NCBI GenBank assembly: GCA_963727805.1
Contig: CAVSHF010000003.1
Span: 2,208,001-2,272,000, forward strand
DNA length: 64,000 nt
Direction: 5' to 3'
Source of the DNA: an uncultured Nitrospiraceae bacterium
GTDB lineage: Bacteria; Nitrospirota; Thermodesulfovibrionia; Thermodesulfovibrionales; Dissulfurispiraceae
Shown here: in pieces, positions 1 to 9,182 of the stretch
Position numbering within the stretch: the stretch's first letter is position 1
Layout of the letters: every line of letters begins with the position of its first letter
The notes under the pieces: generated by a model
Seen by the model: the letters and a program-made list of their open reading frames with translations, nothing else
What the model was told of the DNA's origin: nothing
Databases searched by the model: none
Translations under genes and position numbers: made by a program

Positions 1-548
1 GGCTGTTTGAGCCTCTCTTCTATGTCTTCCTTCGACCCCGCCAGTTCGCTTATCAGATCAGTTTCGGGTATTTGGTCGCATCTCGGGTGGCTCTTCGTAT
101 GAGAGTGGAAGTCGACATGATCGCTCCTGGCCATTTCTCTGATTAGTTTCCATCTGAGCATGACCTTGTGGGCTTCATTGCTGGCTATCAATTTCTTAGA
201 TTCCGCATGTTTCGGGACCGATCCCGGCACTGGGAATGTTGTTTCAGATGCCTTCTCCACCCAATCGGTAACAATAAAGATCGTCGCATTGATTCCATAT
301 TTTTTCAATATCGGATATGCAAATAGATAGTTGTCAAGCCATCCGTCATCGAAAGTCACGGCCACCGCCTTTTCCTTTATCACCGATTTGCCTTCAAGGA
401 GATTTAGCATTTCCCCGATCTTCAGCGTCCTGTAGCCCGCATGGGCTAAGTGCCTCATCTGGCCTTCGAACACATCAGGTGTTACGGTCACCATATCACC
501 TTTATGAGAATTAATATGGTGATACATGAGCACAGGGATCGGTCTCAT
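1..548 (-). CDS. Polysaccharide deacetylase family protein (runs off the window edge)
   Basis: Manual translation MRPIPVLMYHHI...AVAVTFDDGWLDNYLFAYP has the NodB-type TFDDG motif; ATG overlaps the upstream stop (ATGA). Not in the ORF track. Confidence 0.85.
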   Translation of the reverse strand, partial: MRPIPVLMYHHINSHKGDMVTVTPDVFEGQMRHLAHAGYRTLKIGEMLNLLEGKSVIKEKAVAVTFDDGWLDNYLFAYPILKKYGINATIFIVTDWVEKASETTFPVPGSVPKHAESKKLIASNEAHKVMLRWKLIREMARSDHVDFHSHTKSHPRCDQIPETDLISELAGSKEDIEERLKQ

Positions 549-1639
549 CTTCGCTTATCCATGCAAAGTGACGCATAAATATCGAACATCTTTTTGGACA
601 TAGCCTCTACGGTAAAGCTCCGGTCAACTATTTTCCTGCCCTCTTTGCCCATTGCTTTCGCCTTTTCCTTGTCCTGCAAAATCTTGATTATCGCATCCGC
701 GAGCGAAGACGGATCGCCGGGTCTCACGAGATAACCGTTGATTCCATCTTGGACAGCCTCTCCCACACCGCCCACATTGCTTCCGATGACGGGCTTTTCC
801 ATTGCCATGGCCTGCAGAAGCGACTGAGGCAATGATTCCTGGAGAGTCGGTAGTACGCAAAGATCTATTGCTTTCAGAATCTCTGGGATATCATGCCTGA
901 GGCCAAGCATGCGGACCTTTTCAGACAATTCCATCGCCTTTATCTTTTCATGGATATTCTTCTCCTGAGGACCGTCTCCTATGATCAGGAAAAGCATTTC
1001 CGGCACTTCCTTCAACACTGCAGGGATGGAGTCGAGCAGTATATGGTGTCCTTTTTTGAACCTTAAAATAGCAATCGTCGCCACGAGGGAAACCTCGCCG
1101 CCTACCTTCAGTTCTGTGCGCAGATCGCTCTTAACCACGGCGGGATCGAATGTCCCTATGTCTATGCCTGACGGCACTGCAACGACTCTGTCAGCCGGTA
1201 TACCCTCGCCGATCAGATACTGTCTCACATATTCGCTAGTAGTAACAACCATGTGTGGGAGGATCGAGTAAGACACTCTAGAGGTCATGGGCAGGGCGAT
1301 ATGCCGCGTCCTTACGATGCGCGGTCTTCGCGACGAAAGCCTTCCCGCCAGTCCCACTAGGAAACTGTCCCTTCCACTGTGGGTGCTTACTATATCGACG
1401 CCATCAGACTTTATAACCTTCATTATGTGCATTATAGCGGGCAGGTCATAGCTCTTCCTCATCCTACAGGTCCTTACCTCGATTCCTGCTTCGGCAGCCT
1501 TCACTGCAAGATTGCTGTCAGGCTGGCAAAGTATGATGACTGCCGCCCCAAGCTTTTTCAAGCCAAGGGATTCCTTGAGTATCCGGTGCTCCTGGCCTCC
1601 CCAGCCCATTGAAGATTCGGTATGGAGCAGGGTAAACAT
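545..1639 (-). CDS. Glycosyltransferase family 4
   Basis: GWGGQE N-terminal motif; C-terminal ESLPQSLLQAMAMEKPVIGSNVGG GT-B motif. Confidence 0.9.
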   Translation of the reverse strand: MFTLLHTESSMGWGGQEHRILKESLGLKKLGAAVIILCQPDSNLAVKAAEAGIEVRTCRMRKSYDLPAIMHIMKVIKSDGVDIVSTHSGRDSFLVGLAGRLSSRRPRIVRTRHIALPMTSRVSYSILPHMVVTTSEYVRQYLIGEGIPADRVVAVPSGIDIGTFDPAVVKSDLRTELKVGGEVSLVATIAILRFKKGHHILLDSIPAVLKEVPEMLFLIIGDGPQEKNIHEKIKAMELSEKVRMLGLRHDIPEILKAIDLCVLPTLQESLPQSLLQAMAMEKPVIGSNVGGVGEAVQDGINGYLVRPGDPSSLADAIIKILQDKEKAKAMGKEGRKIVDRSFTVEAMSKKMFDIYASLCMDKRR

Positions 1640-2848
1640 CTATTCCCCTCCCCCCAATTTCTCTTCTATGACAGCCATGATCTCGCCGGGGCGTATGTCA
1701 TCAAGACACCTGCTCTTTTTAGTCCCATTGCAGCCGTCCTTACCGCAGGGGATACAATCCCAGTCCCTCTGGATGACCGTATTGACGCCGAAAGACTGCA
1801 TCCCGTTTCGTCGACTATACGGAGTCCCCGATTCGAGCATCTTCGTTTTGTGCTTGGCAATCCTGTTGTCCCACGGCCCCCAATGAAAAGCGCCGCTCGG
1901 CCCAAACAAAGCAATGACAGGCGTGCCCACTGCGGCGGCAATATGCATAGGAGCGGAATCGACACCGAAAAAGAGTTTTGATGCCTCGGACAACGCTCCG
2001 AGCTGCTGTATGGATGTCCTACCGCGTAGGTCGAACAACCCATCGCGTCGCCCGATCAGATCTAATACCGTTCCGGCCTTTTCAATCTCCTTTTTATCCG
2101 GAGATGACGTAACCGTTACCATGATTCCTTTATCGAGTATCCACCGAACAACCTCAGCCATGCATTCGTCTTTTCCACACTTAAAGAGCCATCTCGAGGT
2201 TGGATGTACGTGGACCATCGCAGCGTCTCCCTTGACTCCACGTTCTTCGAGCACAGTCTTTATATAATCTCTGTCTTCATCGCGTGGATGAAAGTCGACC
2301 GAAAGGTCTTCTGTATCTATTCCAAACCGGCTCACCACGTGGAGGTTTTGGAGCACTGTGTGACTCTTGCCATCGTGCTCGGCCAGATGGGTATAAATGC
2401 TCTTTTTCCCCCAGAAGCCTTTTACAGGGCTCGGCCCTATCCTGTATCTAGCACCTGAAGTGAGTGAAAGCACTGCCGCCCTGTCTCCTCCGGTAAGATC
2501 GATGGTCATGTCAAACCCCTTTTTCGAAATCGACCTAAGAAAGGAGAGTTCCCTCGATAAGCGCGCTATGGCTGAAAGTGACTTCAATTTCCTATCCATC
2601 ACAATGATTTCATCCACTAGAGGATTGTTTTTCAGAACATCCTCTGTGCCAGCGTTCACGAGGGCATTCAGGCGTGCATCCGGAAATTTTTCTTTTAAGG
2701 CCCTAAATACGGGGACCGTCAGGAGCACATCGCCGATGTGTCGCAGTTTGATGACTAGGATAGATTCAATATTTGAAAACGTCATGGACATATCATGGAC
2801 ATATAAAGAATATCTGTTTATTTTACAGGGATTTTCAGAAAAAGTCAT
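1640..2848 (-). CDS. LPS heptosyltransferase (GT9, RfaQ/WaaQ-like); true start may be 2785
   Basis: ILVIKLRHIGDVLL, HPTSRWLFKC and GVDSAPMHIAAAVGTPVIALFGP motifs. Confidence 0.88.
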   Translation of the reverse strand: MTFSENPCKINRYSLYVHDMSMTFSNIESILVIKLRHIGDVLLTVPVFRALKEKFPDARLNALVNAGTEDVLKNNPLVDEIIVMDRKLKSLSAIARLSRELSFLRSISKKGFDMTIDLTGGDRAAVLSLTSGARYRIGPSPVKGFWGKKSIYTHLAEHDGKSHTVLQNLHVVSRFGIDTEDLSVDFHPRDEDRDYIKTVLEERGVKGDAAMVHVHPTSRWLFKCGKDECMAEVVRWILDKGIMVTVTSSPDKKEIEKAGTVLDLIGRRDGLFDLRGRTSIQQLGALSEASKLFFGVDSAPMHIAAAVGTPVIALFGPSGAFHWGPWDNRIAKHKTKMLESGTPYSRRNGMQSFGVNTVIQRDWDCIPCGKDGCNGTKKSRCLDDIRPGEIMAVIEEKLGGGE

Positions 2849-3969
2849 CCACAGACCCGGCGGATGATATCGATAAATACAGATGCCGCCTTGTAGATGG
2901 AGAATTGCTCAGCCTTTACTCTTGCTCTCATCCCCATGACTTCGGCATCGGACAGGGCTGGGATAATCTTTCCCGCCAGCTCCGAGGTATCGTTTATGGA
3001 TGCCATAACAAAGCCTTCCTTTCCCTCTTCGATGATTTCAGCAGCACCGTTGTTCCAAGTCGTGATAACCGGCAGGCCAGATGCCATCGCTTCAAGACAC
3101 GCGTTGCTAAAAGGATCGTAGAGCGTGGGCAAGACAAATGCATCAGCTGATGAATAAAACCTTTCAATCCCGGACTGTGGGCCGAGAAACAAAATATGGT
3201 CTTCAACACCTAGCCGCCTTGCCATCTGCAGGTAATCCGAACAGTCACCTTTGCCAATGACGAGTGTGACAAGTCTTTCACCCTGGAGTGCTTTTATCGC
3301 CTCCGGCAGTGATTGGATTAGTGTTTCGAGCCCCTTGCGCCTGAAGCCTGATCCGACGAAGAGAATTACCTTGTCCCGTTTCCCGATGCCAAGGCTATGC
3401 CGAGTCTCGGCGCGCCATGTTGATCGGTTGCCCGGTGAATATTTGTTCAGGTCGACGCCATTGTACGCCACAGCGATCTTGCTTTCAGGGGTGCCATAAT
3501 ATCTTCGAATCTGTTCTTTGACCATAACCGAATTGACGACAATAAGGGGCGTAGTGTCAAAGATCTTTTTTTCAAGCGAGAGGGTATAGCGGTGCAGAGG
3601 GTTAATCCTGAACGATAGTTTCCTTAGATAAGGCTCTATCTCCTCCCTGATGCCAAGCCATGCCCTGTGGCAACCGTCACCAGCCCGATAAATGTCCTGG
3701 TACTCAGTCCGCTCAAAGCTGATGATGCAGTCGAACCGCTCCTTTCTCAGTACCTTCGATGAATTTTTGCTAAAGGAGAGGACCGAGAGAAATGAACTGA
3801 GCGACAAGATGCGAACCTTGTGGTAGGCGAGCCCTGCTTCATCCGTCCATTGGTTAGCAAAGACATGGAGCTCGTGACCCTCTTTCTTAAGTTCACCGAG
3901 GAGGGTTCTCAGATATTGCTCAGCACCGCCGTGGAGGGAAAAACGCTTCTTTACAAAGGCAAGTCTCAT
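2845..3969 (-). CDS. LPS core glycosyltransferase GT4 (WaaG-like)
   Basis: GGAEQY, FVGSGFRRKG, LPTLYDPFSNACLEAMASGLPV; start taken at MRLAFV. Confidence 0.88.
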   Translation of the reverse strand: MRLAFVKKRFSLHGGAEQYLRTLLGELKKEGHELHVFANQWTDEAGLAYHKVRILSLSSFLSVLSFSKNSSKVLRKERFDCIISFERTEYQDIYRAGDGCHRAWLGIREEIEPYLRKLSFRINPLHRYTLSLEKKIFDTTPLIVVNSVMVKEQIRRYYGTPESKIAVAYNGVDLNKYSPGNRSTWRAETRHSLGIGKRDKVILFVGSGFRRKGLETLIQSLPEAIKALQGERLVTLVIGKGDCSDYLQMARRLGVEDHILFLGPQSGIERFYSSADAFVLPTLYDPFSNACLEAMASGLPVITTWNNGAAEIIEEGKEGFVMASINDTSELAGKIIPALSDAEVMGMRARVKAEQFSIYKAASVFIDIIRRVCG

Positions 3970-4254
3970 GGTAGCTCGACGAATAGGAATACAGAGTTCA
4001 GACAAGAAGACAGGAGTGAGGAGCCAGTAGATAGCAGACCCCACACTTTTCCACGCTTCTCGCTTCTATTTCCGATTTCACTACTTCTAACTCCTTGTTG
4101 TGTTCTGCGAACTGCTTGTATGATGCCTTCCTAACCTTATGTTTTGCAATGCCTATTTGCTCGGTATTGAAAGTGCACAATAGCGCTTGAACGCACTATT
4201 AACGCTTTCCACTCATATAAACCATACTATTATTACTGCAATTACAACCTAATA

Positions 4255-4899
4255 TTAGTCATTCCAGCCATGCTCACCGATGAGTGGCACAAAGGCGCAT
4301 GGGGTGTGGTATTCTTCTACAAGTTGGTCCTTTACTTTGCGTCCCTTGAGGAGGTTTTGCGAGAAGCGCTCGCCCACAGGAGCAACGATGATGCCTCCTT
4401 CCTTCAGTTGACTTATGAGAGGCGGCGGGAGCGTCGGTGCCGCGGCAGTGATGATAATACGGTCAAAGGGGGCCGTATTTCGAAGACCTATTGTGCCATC
4501 ACCGATGACTACATGGATATTTTCATAACCTAGCGCCTTGAGCTTTTCACTCGCCCTATCGGCAAGGGCCGGTATCCTTTCTATCGTATAAACCTCAGCT
4601 GCGAGTTCCGCAAGGATTGCCGCCTGATATCCAGAACCCGTTCCAATTTCGAGAACCTTTTCAGCGCCTGTCATCTCCAGAAGTTCAGTCATAATAGCGA
4701 CCATATATGGCTGCGATATGGTCTGCCCCTCTCCAATCGACATAGCCATGTCTTCATAGGCGCTATATCTTACTGACTCGGGCATAAAGATATGGCGTGG
4801 CACCTTCCTCATCGCCCGCAGGACCCTCTCGTCTTTAATCCCGCGCGGAATGAGCTGCGTGGCAACCATCAGATCTCTCAAACTCTGGTATTCTTCCAC
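4255..4899 (-). CDS. pcm: Protein-L-isoaspartate O-methyltransferase
   Basis: GQTISQPYMVA, VLEIGTGSGYQAA, APFDRI; follows surE. Confidence 0.95.
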   Translation of the reverse strand: MEEYQSLRDLMVATQLIPRGIKDERVLRAMRKVPRHIFMPESVRYSAYEDMAMSIGEGQTISQPYMVAIMTELLEMTGAEKVLEIGTGSGYQAAILAELAAEVYTIERIPALADRASEKLKALGYENIHVVIGDGTIGLRNTAPFDRIIITAAAPTLPPPLISQLKEGGIIVAPVGERFSQNLLKGRKVKDQLVEEYHTPCAFVPLIGEHGWND

Positions 4900-5636
4900 G
4901 TCTGTCTGAGGGCCTCAAGGGCCGAATAATTGGTCATATCGAGGTGGACGGGCGTAACCGAAACATATCCATCCACAACCGACTGCATATCCAAGTCCTC
5001 TCCATGTTCCCAATAAGGCTTACCGCCGCCGATCCAATAGTGCTTTTCACCCCAGGGAGAATAGATCTCCTGTATGGCATTGTCATAAATCCTCTTGCCT
5101 TGTTTTGTGATCCTGATACCCTTTAATTCTTGCTTCGGCAGGTTTGGCACGTTGACGTTGAGAAGGGTATCGTAGGGGAGTTGTTTATCGAGAATATACC
5201 GGGCAACCTCGATCGCAAAAGGGACGGCAGATTCATAAAGAAACGGTCGGTCACCGGCTAATGATATGGCAAAAGAAGGGATGCCGAGGATGGTCCCTTC
5301 CATAGCGGCTGATACGGTCCCGGAATAGGTCACATCATCACCAAGATTGGCACCCCTGTTGATTCCAGAGGCGACGAGATCCGGATTTTTCGGAAGGATT
5401 TTGTGTACCGCCAGGGCAACACAGTCGGTCGGTGTGCCGTTTATGCTGTATACATACTTCTTCAATTCCTCAGCTTTTAGGGGCCTATGCAGCGTAAGAG
5501 CATGACTGACTGCGCTCCGCTCCCGGTCAGGTGCAACGACATAAACGTCTCCAAGCACCATCATCGCCTTGTGGAGGGCACTGAGTCCTGGTGAGTAGAC
5601 GCCGTCATCGTTGGTCACAAGTATCAGTGGCCTCAT
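4878..5636 (-). CDS. surE: 5'/3'-nucleotidase SurE
   Basis: ILVTNDDG, GTPTDCV, SGINRGANLG, YSGTVSAAMEG. Confidence 0.96.
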   Translation of the reverse strand: MRPLILVTNDDGVYSPGLSALHKAMMVLGDVYVVAPDRERSAVSHALTLHRPLKAEELKKYVYSINGTPTDCVALAVHKILPKNPDLVASGINRGANLGDDVTYSGTVSAAMEGTILGIPSFAISLAGDRPFLYESAVPFAIEVARYILDKQLPYDTLLNVNVPNLPKQELKGIRITKQGKRIYDNAIQEIYSPWGEKHYWIGGGKPYWEHGEDLDMQSVVDGYVSVTPVHLDMTNYSALEALRQTWKNTRV

Positions 5637-6610
5637 ATCCTCTCCCCTCTAAATTCCCATTCCACTTCACGATACAACTCATCGATGCAATGACGATACC
5701 GAGGTGAAATATGCATAGTCCCGATATTCCCTACCCGGGCCTCACGCGCGATCCTACCGGCAATGGCAGCGGTCAGATGGTGGCGGTCCCTAGCCCTGTC
5801 AAAATCACGAGCGAGGAAGTATGATTCACAGAAAAGCATATCCGAACCTGCTACAAAGGGGATAATCTTCGAGATATTTTCCTCGTTCGGAGAGACATCC
5901 ATGATATATGCGATTTTTTGTCCCCGTGTGAGCGTTGCTATCGACATCAATTCATCCAGTCTGTGCAGCTTCCCGTCCACTTCAAAAGAAGTATCTGGCG
6001 GAGCGGCTTGTCTAATCGCCATCTTGAAGTCTGAAAGCCAGTGGCCGACCGACAGTCCCCGTTCCTGCAGCATAGCCTTGTTTATATTTATATGATACTC
6101 CTCTTCTAGCGAATAGGCGAGGACCGGGATATCATGCGAAAGCGGTAATGCCTTCACGGTGAAGAGCGGGTCATCAAGGACAAGATCCTGGAATTCCTTG
6201 CCAGAATGGTCTATGCGGCAAAAAGAGTTCTCCGCATAGAAACCTGCTTGGCTGATGCCGTCCTTCCGCACCTCGAAGACTTCGATCCTAATTGGGTATT
6301 CCTTTATCAGGTTCCATGTATACCCCTTTAGCTTGCCCTCGATGCAGGCGATTATATTTTCAGGCCCGAAGATCCGTAAAGGAATTTCTCGCTTCAGCAC
6401 CGCCCGAAGGACCGTGTCAATGCCTATGAAGTGGTCGATATGGGTATGGGTAATAAAAATATCGCTGATCTTGAGGATATTGCCGATGTCAAGGTCCCTG
6501 AGATCGCCTGCGTCGAAAAGCAGCGCCCTTCGTTCTCTTAGTATGCGCACGTATAAACAGGGGTCGTCAAAAGGGCCGTTTACCGGACTCGCATGAAAAA
6601 CGTGGTTCAT
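5633..6610 (-). CDS. Ribonuclease Z-like metallo-beta-lactamase
   Basis: THTHIDH metal motif, LLFDAG, HHLTA and HISPRY. Confidence 0.8.
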   Translation of the reverse strand: MNHVFHASPVNGPFDDPCLYVRILRERRALLFDAGDLRDLDIGNILKISDIFITHTHIDHFIGIDTVLRAVLKREIPLRIFGPENIIACIEGKLKGYTWNLIKEYPIRIEVFEVRKDGISQAGFYAENSFCRIDHSGKEFQDLVLDDPLFTVKALPLSHDIPVLAYSLEEEYHININKAMLQERGLSVGHWLSDFKMAIRQAAPPDTSFEVDGKLHRLDELMSIATLTRGQKIAYIMDVSPNEENISKIIPFVAGSDMLFCESYFLARDFDRARDRHHLTAAIAGRIAREARVGNIGTMHISPRYRHCIDELYREVEWEFRGERI

Positions 6611-6682
6611 AGTGCTATAATTATAGCTTAAAATATATATACTATCAGCAAGTTTCTTCATCCCGGATTGAGAGGAGGATAT

Positions 6683-7681
6683 ATGCCCGAGTTGAGAAAA
6701 GATCCCATATCGGGGCGATGGGTAATCATATCAGTGGAACGTGGCAAACGACCGACGGATTTTGTTTCACCTTCTCAGAAACGCAAGGCAGGCGGCTTCT
6801 GTCCTTTTTGCCCCGGTAACGAACATACGACAACTCCTGAGATTATCGCCTTCAGGCCCGCTAGCACAGCTCCCAATTCGCCGGGCTGGACCCTTAGAGC
6901 CGTCCCGAACAAATTCCCTGCCCTTCAGATCCACGGAGACCTACATAAGATGGGAGAGGGGGTTTTCGACAAGATGAACGGCATCGGTGCCCATGAGGTC
7001 ATTATTGAAACCCCCGAGCACCAACTCTCTCTGGCGACCATGCCCCAGAGGGCGGTCGAGGACGTACTCTGGGCTTATTATTTTAGACTAATGGATCTCA
7101 AGAAGGACTTCCGCTTCAAGTATGTCCTCATATTCAAGAACGAGGGTGAGGTTGCAGGCTCGTCTCTTGAACATAGCCACAGCCAGCTCATCGCACTGCC
7201 GATCATCCCGAAGAGCGTCAAGGAAGAGATGGACACATCTAAGCAATATTATGACAGCAAAGAGCGCTGTCTCCTCTGCGATATTGTCAGTCAGGAACTC
7301 GATTCAGGAAGAAGGGTCGTCTACGAAAACGATAAATACGCTGCTCTTGCACCTTTTGCACCTCGGGAGCCGTTCGAAACTTGGATATTGCCAAAGCAGC
7401 ATGAATCCAGCTTTGGCCCGCCCGATAAAAGTTTTTCGGGTCTTGCCGATATACTGCAAAAGGTCCTCAAGCAACTCGACAAGGTTCTCGATACCCCTCC
7501 TTACAATTTCATCCTCCACACCTCGGCCTTCAAAGATGAGGTCAACGACTATTACCACTGGCACATCGAGATTGTTCCGAAGCTGACAAAAACAGCGGGC
7601 TTCGAGTGGGGATCAGGGTTTTATATCAATCCGACACCACCTGAAGAAGCTGCCAAATTTATGAGAGAAGCAAAGATCTAA
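6683..7681 (+). CDS. galT: Galactose-1-phosphate uridylyltransferase-family nucleotidyltransferase
   Basis: MPELRKDP, CPFCPGNE, GAHEVIIE and HSHSQ motif; RBS GAGGAGG; upstream of glgA. Confidence 0.88.
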   Translation: MPELRKDPISGRWVIISVERGKRPTDFVSPSQKRKAGGFCPFCPGNEHTTTPEIIAFRPASTAPNSPGWTLRAVPNKFPALQIHGDLHKMGEGVFDKMNGIGAHEVIIETPEHQLSLATMPQRAVEDVLWAYYFRLMDLKKDFRFKYVLIFKNEGEVAGSSLEHSHSQLIALPIIPKSVKEEMDTSKQYYDSKERCLLCDIVSQELDSGRRVVYENDKYAALAPFAPREPFETWILPKQHESSFGPPDKSFSGLADILQKVLKQLDKVLDTPPYNFILHTSAFKDEVNDYYHWHIEIVPKLTKTAGFEWGSGFYINPTPPEEAAKFMREAKI

Positions 7682-7685
7682 ACTC

Positions 7686-9182
7686 ATGAGAATTGCCCTC
7701 ATATCATCAGAGGCAGTGCCATTCTCAAAAACAGGAGGGCTGGCTGATGTTGCCGGAACTCTTTTCAGGGAATACAACAGAATGGGCATCGATGCCTCTC
7801 TCTTTCTTCCTCTTTACAAAGTGACCTCTGAGCATTTTCGTGGTTCTCTCGTCGATACGGGCACGGAGATCGATATCCCTGTCGGGAAGATTGCAAAGAA
7901 ATGCCGAGTCTATACTGCAGGGGAACAACGGCGGGGTAATCAAGGACGCGGCACTGTTTATTTCGTCTCGAATGACGAATATTTTGGCAGAGACGAAATG
8001 TATTGCGACGCCATGGGAGATTATCCAGATAATGACTCCCGTTTCGTCTTTTTCTGTAAAAGCGTTCTTGAAATATGCCGGAAATTCAATCTGGTATTCG
8101 ATGTCCTCCACTGCAATGACTGGCAGACAGCCCTTATCCCCCTTTATCTCAGAACACTTTACTGGAGCGGAACGTTATTTAAAAAAACCAGGACCGTCCT
8201 CACTATCCACAATCTCGGCTTTCAGGGGTTATTCCCCGCCTCCACTCTTGAACTAACAGGGCTCGGCTGGGATATCTTCAATCCCGAAGGTATCGAATTT
8301 TACGGGAAGGTAAATTTTCTCAAGGCAGGCATCATCTCAGCCGATATCCTTACCACGGTCAGCCCCACTTATGCAAAGGAGATACTCACTCCAGAAAAAG
8401 GCTTCGGTCTTGATGGCATGCTCCGCAAAAGGGTGGATTCCCTCTTCGGGGTGCTTAACGGTATCGATTACACCGAGTGGGATCCCGCCGATGATGACTT
8501 AATTCCCGCAACTTATTCTAAAACCAACCTTTCGGGGAAAGAGAAATGCAAAAAAGAATTGATGTCGCGGTGTGCCTTTAAAGGATCTCAGGAGACACCA
8601 CTGCTTTGTTTTGTAGGTAGGCTCTCTGCCCAGAAAGGGATTGACCTCATCACCAATTCCGCAGATCAATTAATGAAAAGCAGTGTGAACCTCTTTGTTC
8701 TTGGAAAAGGTGACAGTCGTTATGAAGCGATCCTCAAGGATTATGGCCGTAGATACCCGGGCCGCGTATATATCGGGATCGAATTCGATGAGTCCCTAGC
8801 ACACCTTGCCTACGCCGGGTCCGATATCTTCCTCATGCCCTCGGTTTATGAGCCCTGCGGATTGGGCCAGATGATCGCTATGCGTTACGGGACGGTGCCG
8901 GTAGCATATGATACCGGAGGCCTTACTGATACGATCGTCAGTCCGGGGGGGCATACTGAAAAATTCTTCTGCGAGAAGGTGTACGGTACAATAAAAGAGA
9001 CGGGGTTCCTTTTCGGTAGACACTCACCAGAGTTCTTCCTTGGGGAAATCAGAAAGGCCTTGTGTATTTATTACAATACGAATATCTGGCGAAAACTCAT
9101 CAAAAACGCCATGGGAAGAGACTTCTCCTGGAAAAAGTCCGCTGCAATGTATCTTCAATTGTATAACAAGTTGCATGATTGA
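7686..9182 (+). CDS. glgA: Glycogen synthase
   Basis: KTGGLADV, HCNDWQT, TIHNL, EPCGLGQMIAMRYGT. Confidence 0.95.
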   Translation: MRIALISSEAVPFSKTGGLADVAGTLFREYNRMGIDASLFLPLYKVTSEHFRGSLVDTGTEIDIPVGKIAKKCRVYTAGEQRRGNQGRGTVYFVSNDEYFGRDEMYCDAMGDYPDNDSRFVFFCKSVLEICRKFNLVFDVLHCNDWQTALIPLYLRTLYWSGTLFKKTRTVLTIHNLGFQGLFPASTLELTGLGWDIFNPEGIEFYGKVNFLKAGIISADILTTVSPTYAKEILTPEKGFGLDGMLRKRVDSLFGVLNGIDYTEWDPADDDLIPATYSKTNLSGKEKCKKELMSRCAFKGSQETPLLCFVGRLSAQKGIDLITNSADQLMKSSVNLFVLGKGDSRYEAILKDYGRRYPGRVYIGIEFDESLAHLAYAGSDIFLMPSVYEPCGLGQMIAMRYGTVPVAYDTGGLTDTIVSPGGHTEKFFCEKVYGTIKETGFLFGRHSPEFFLGEIRKALCIYYNTNIWRKLIKNAMGRDFSWKKSAAMYLQLYNKLHD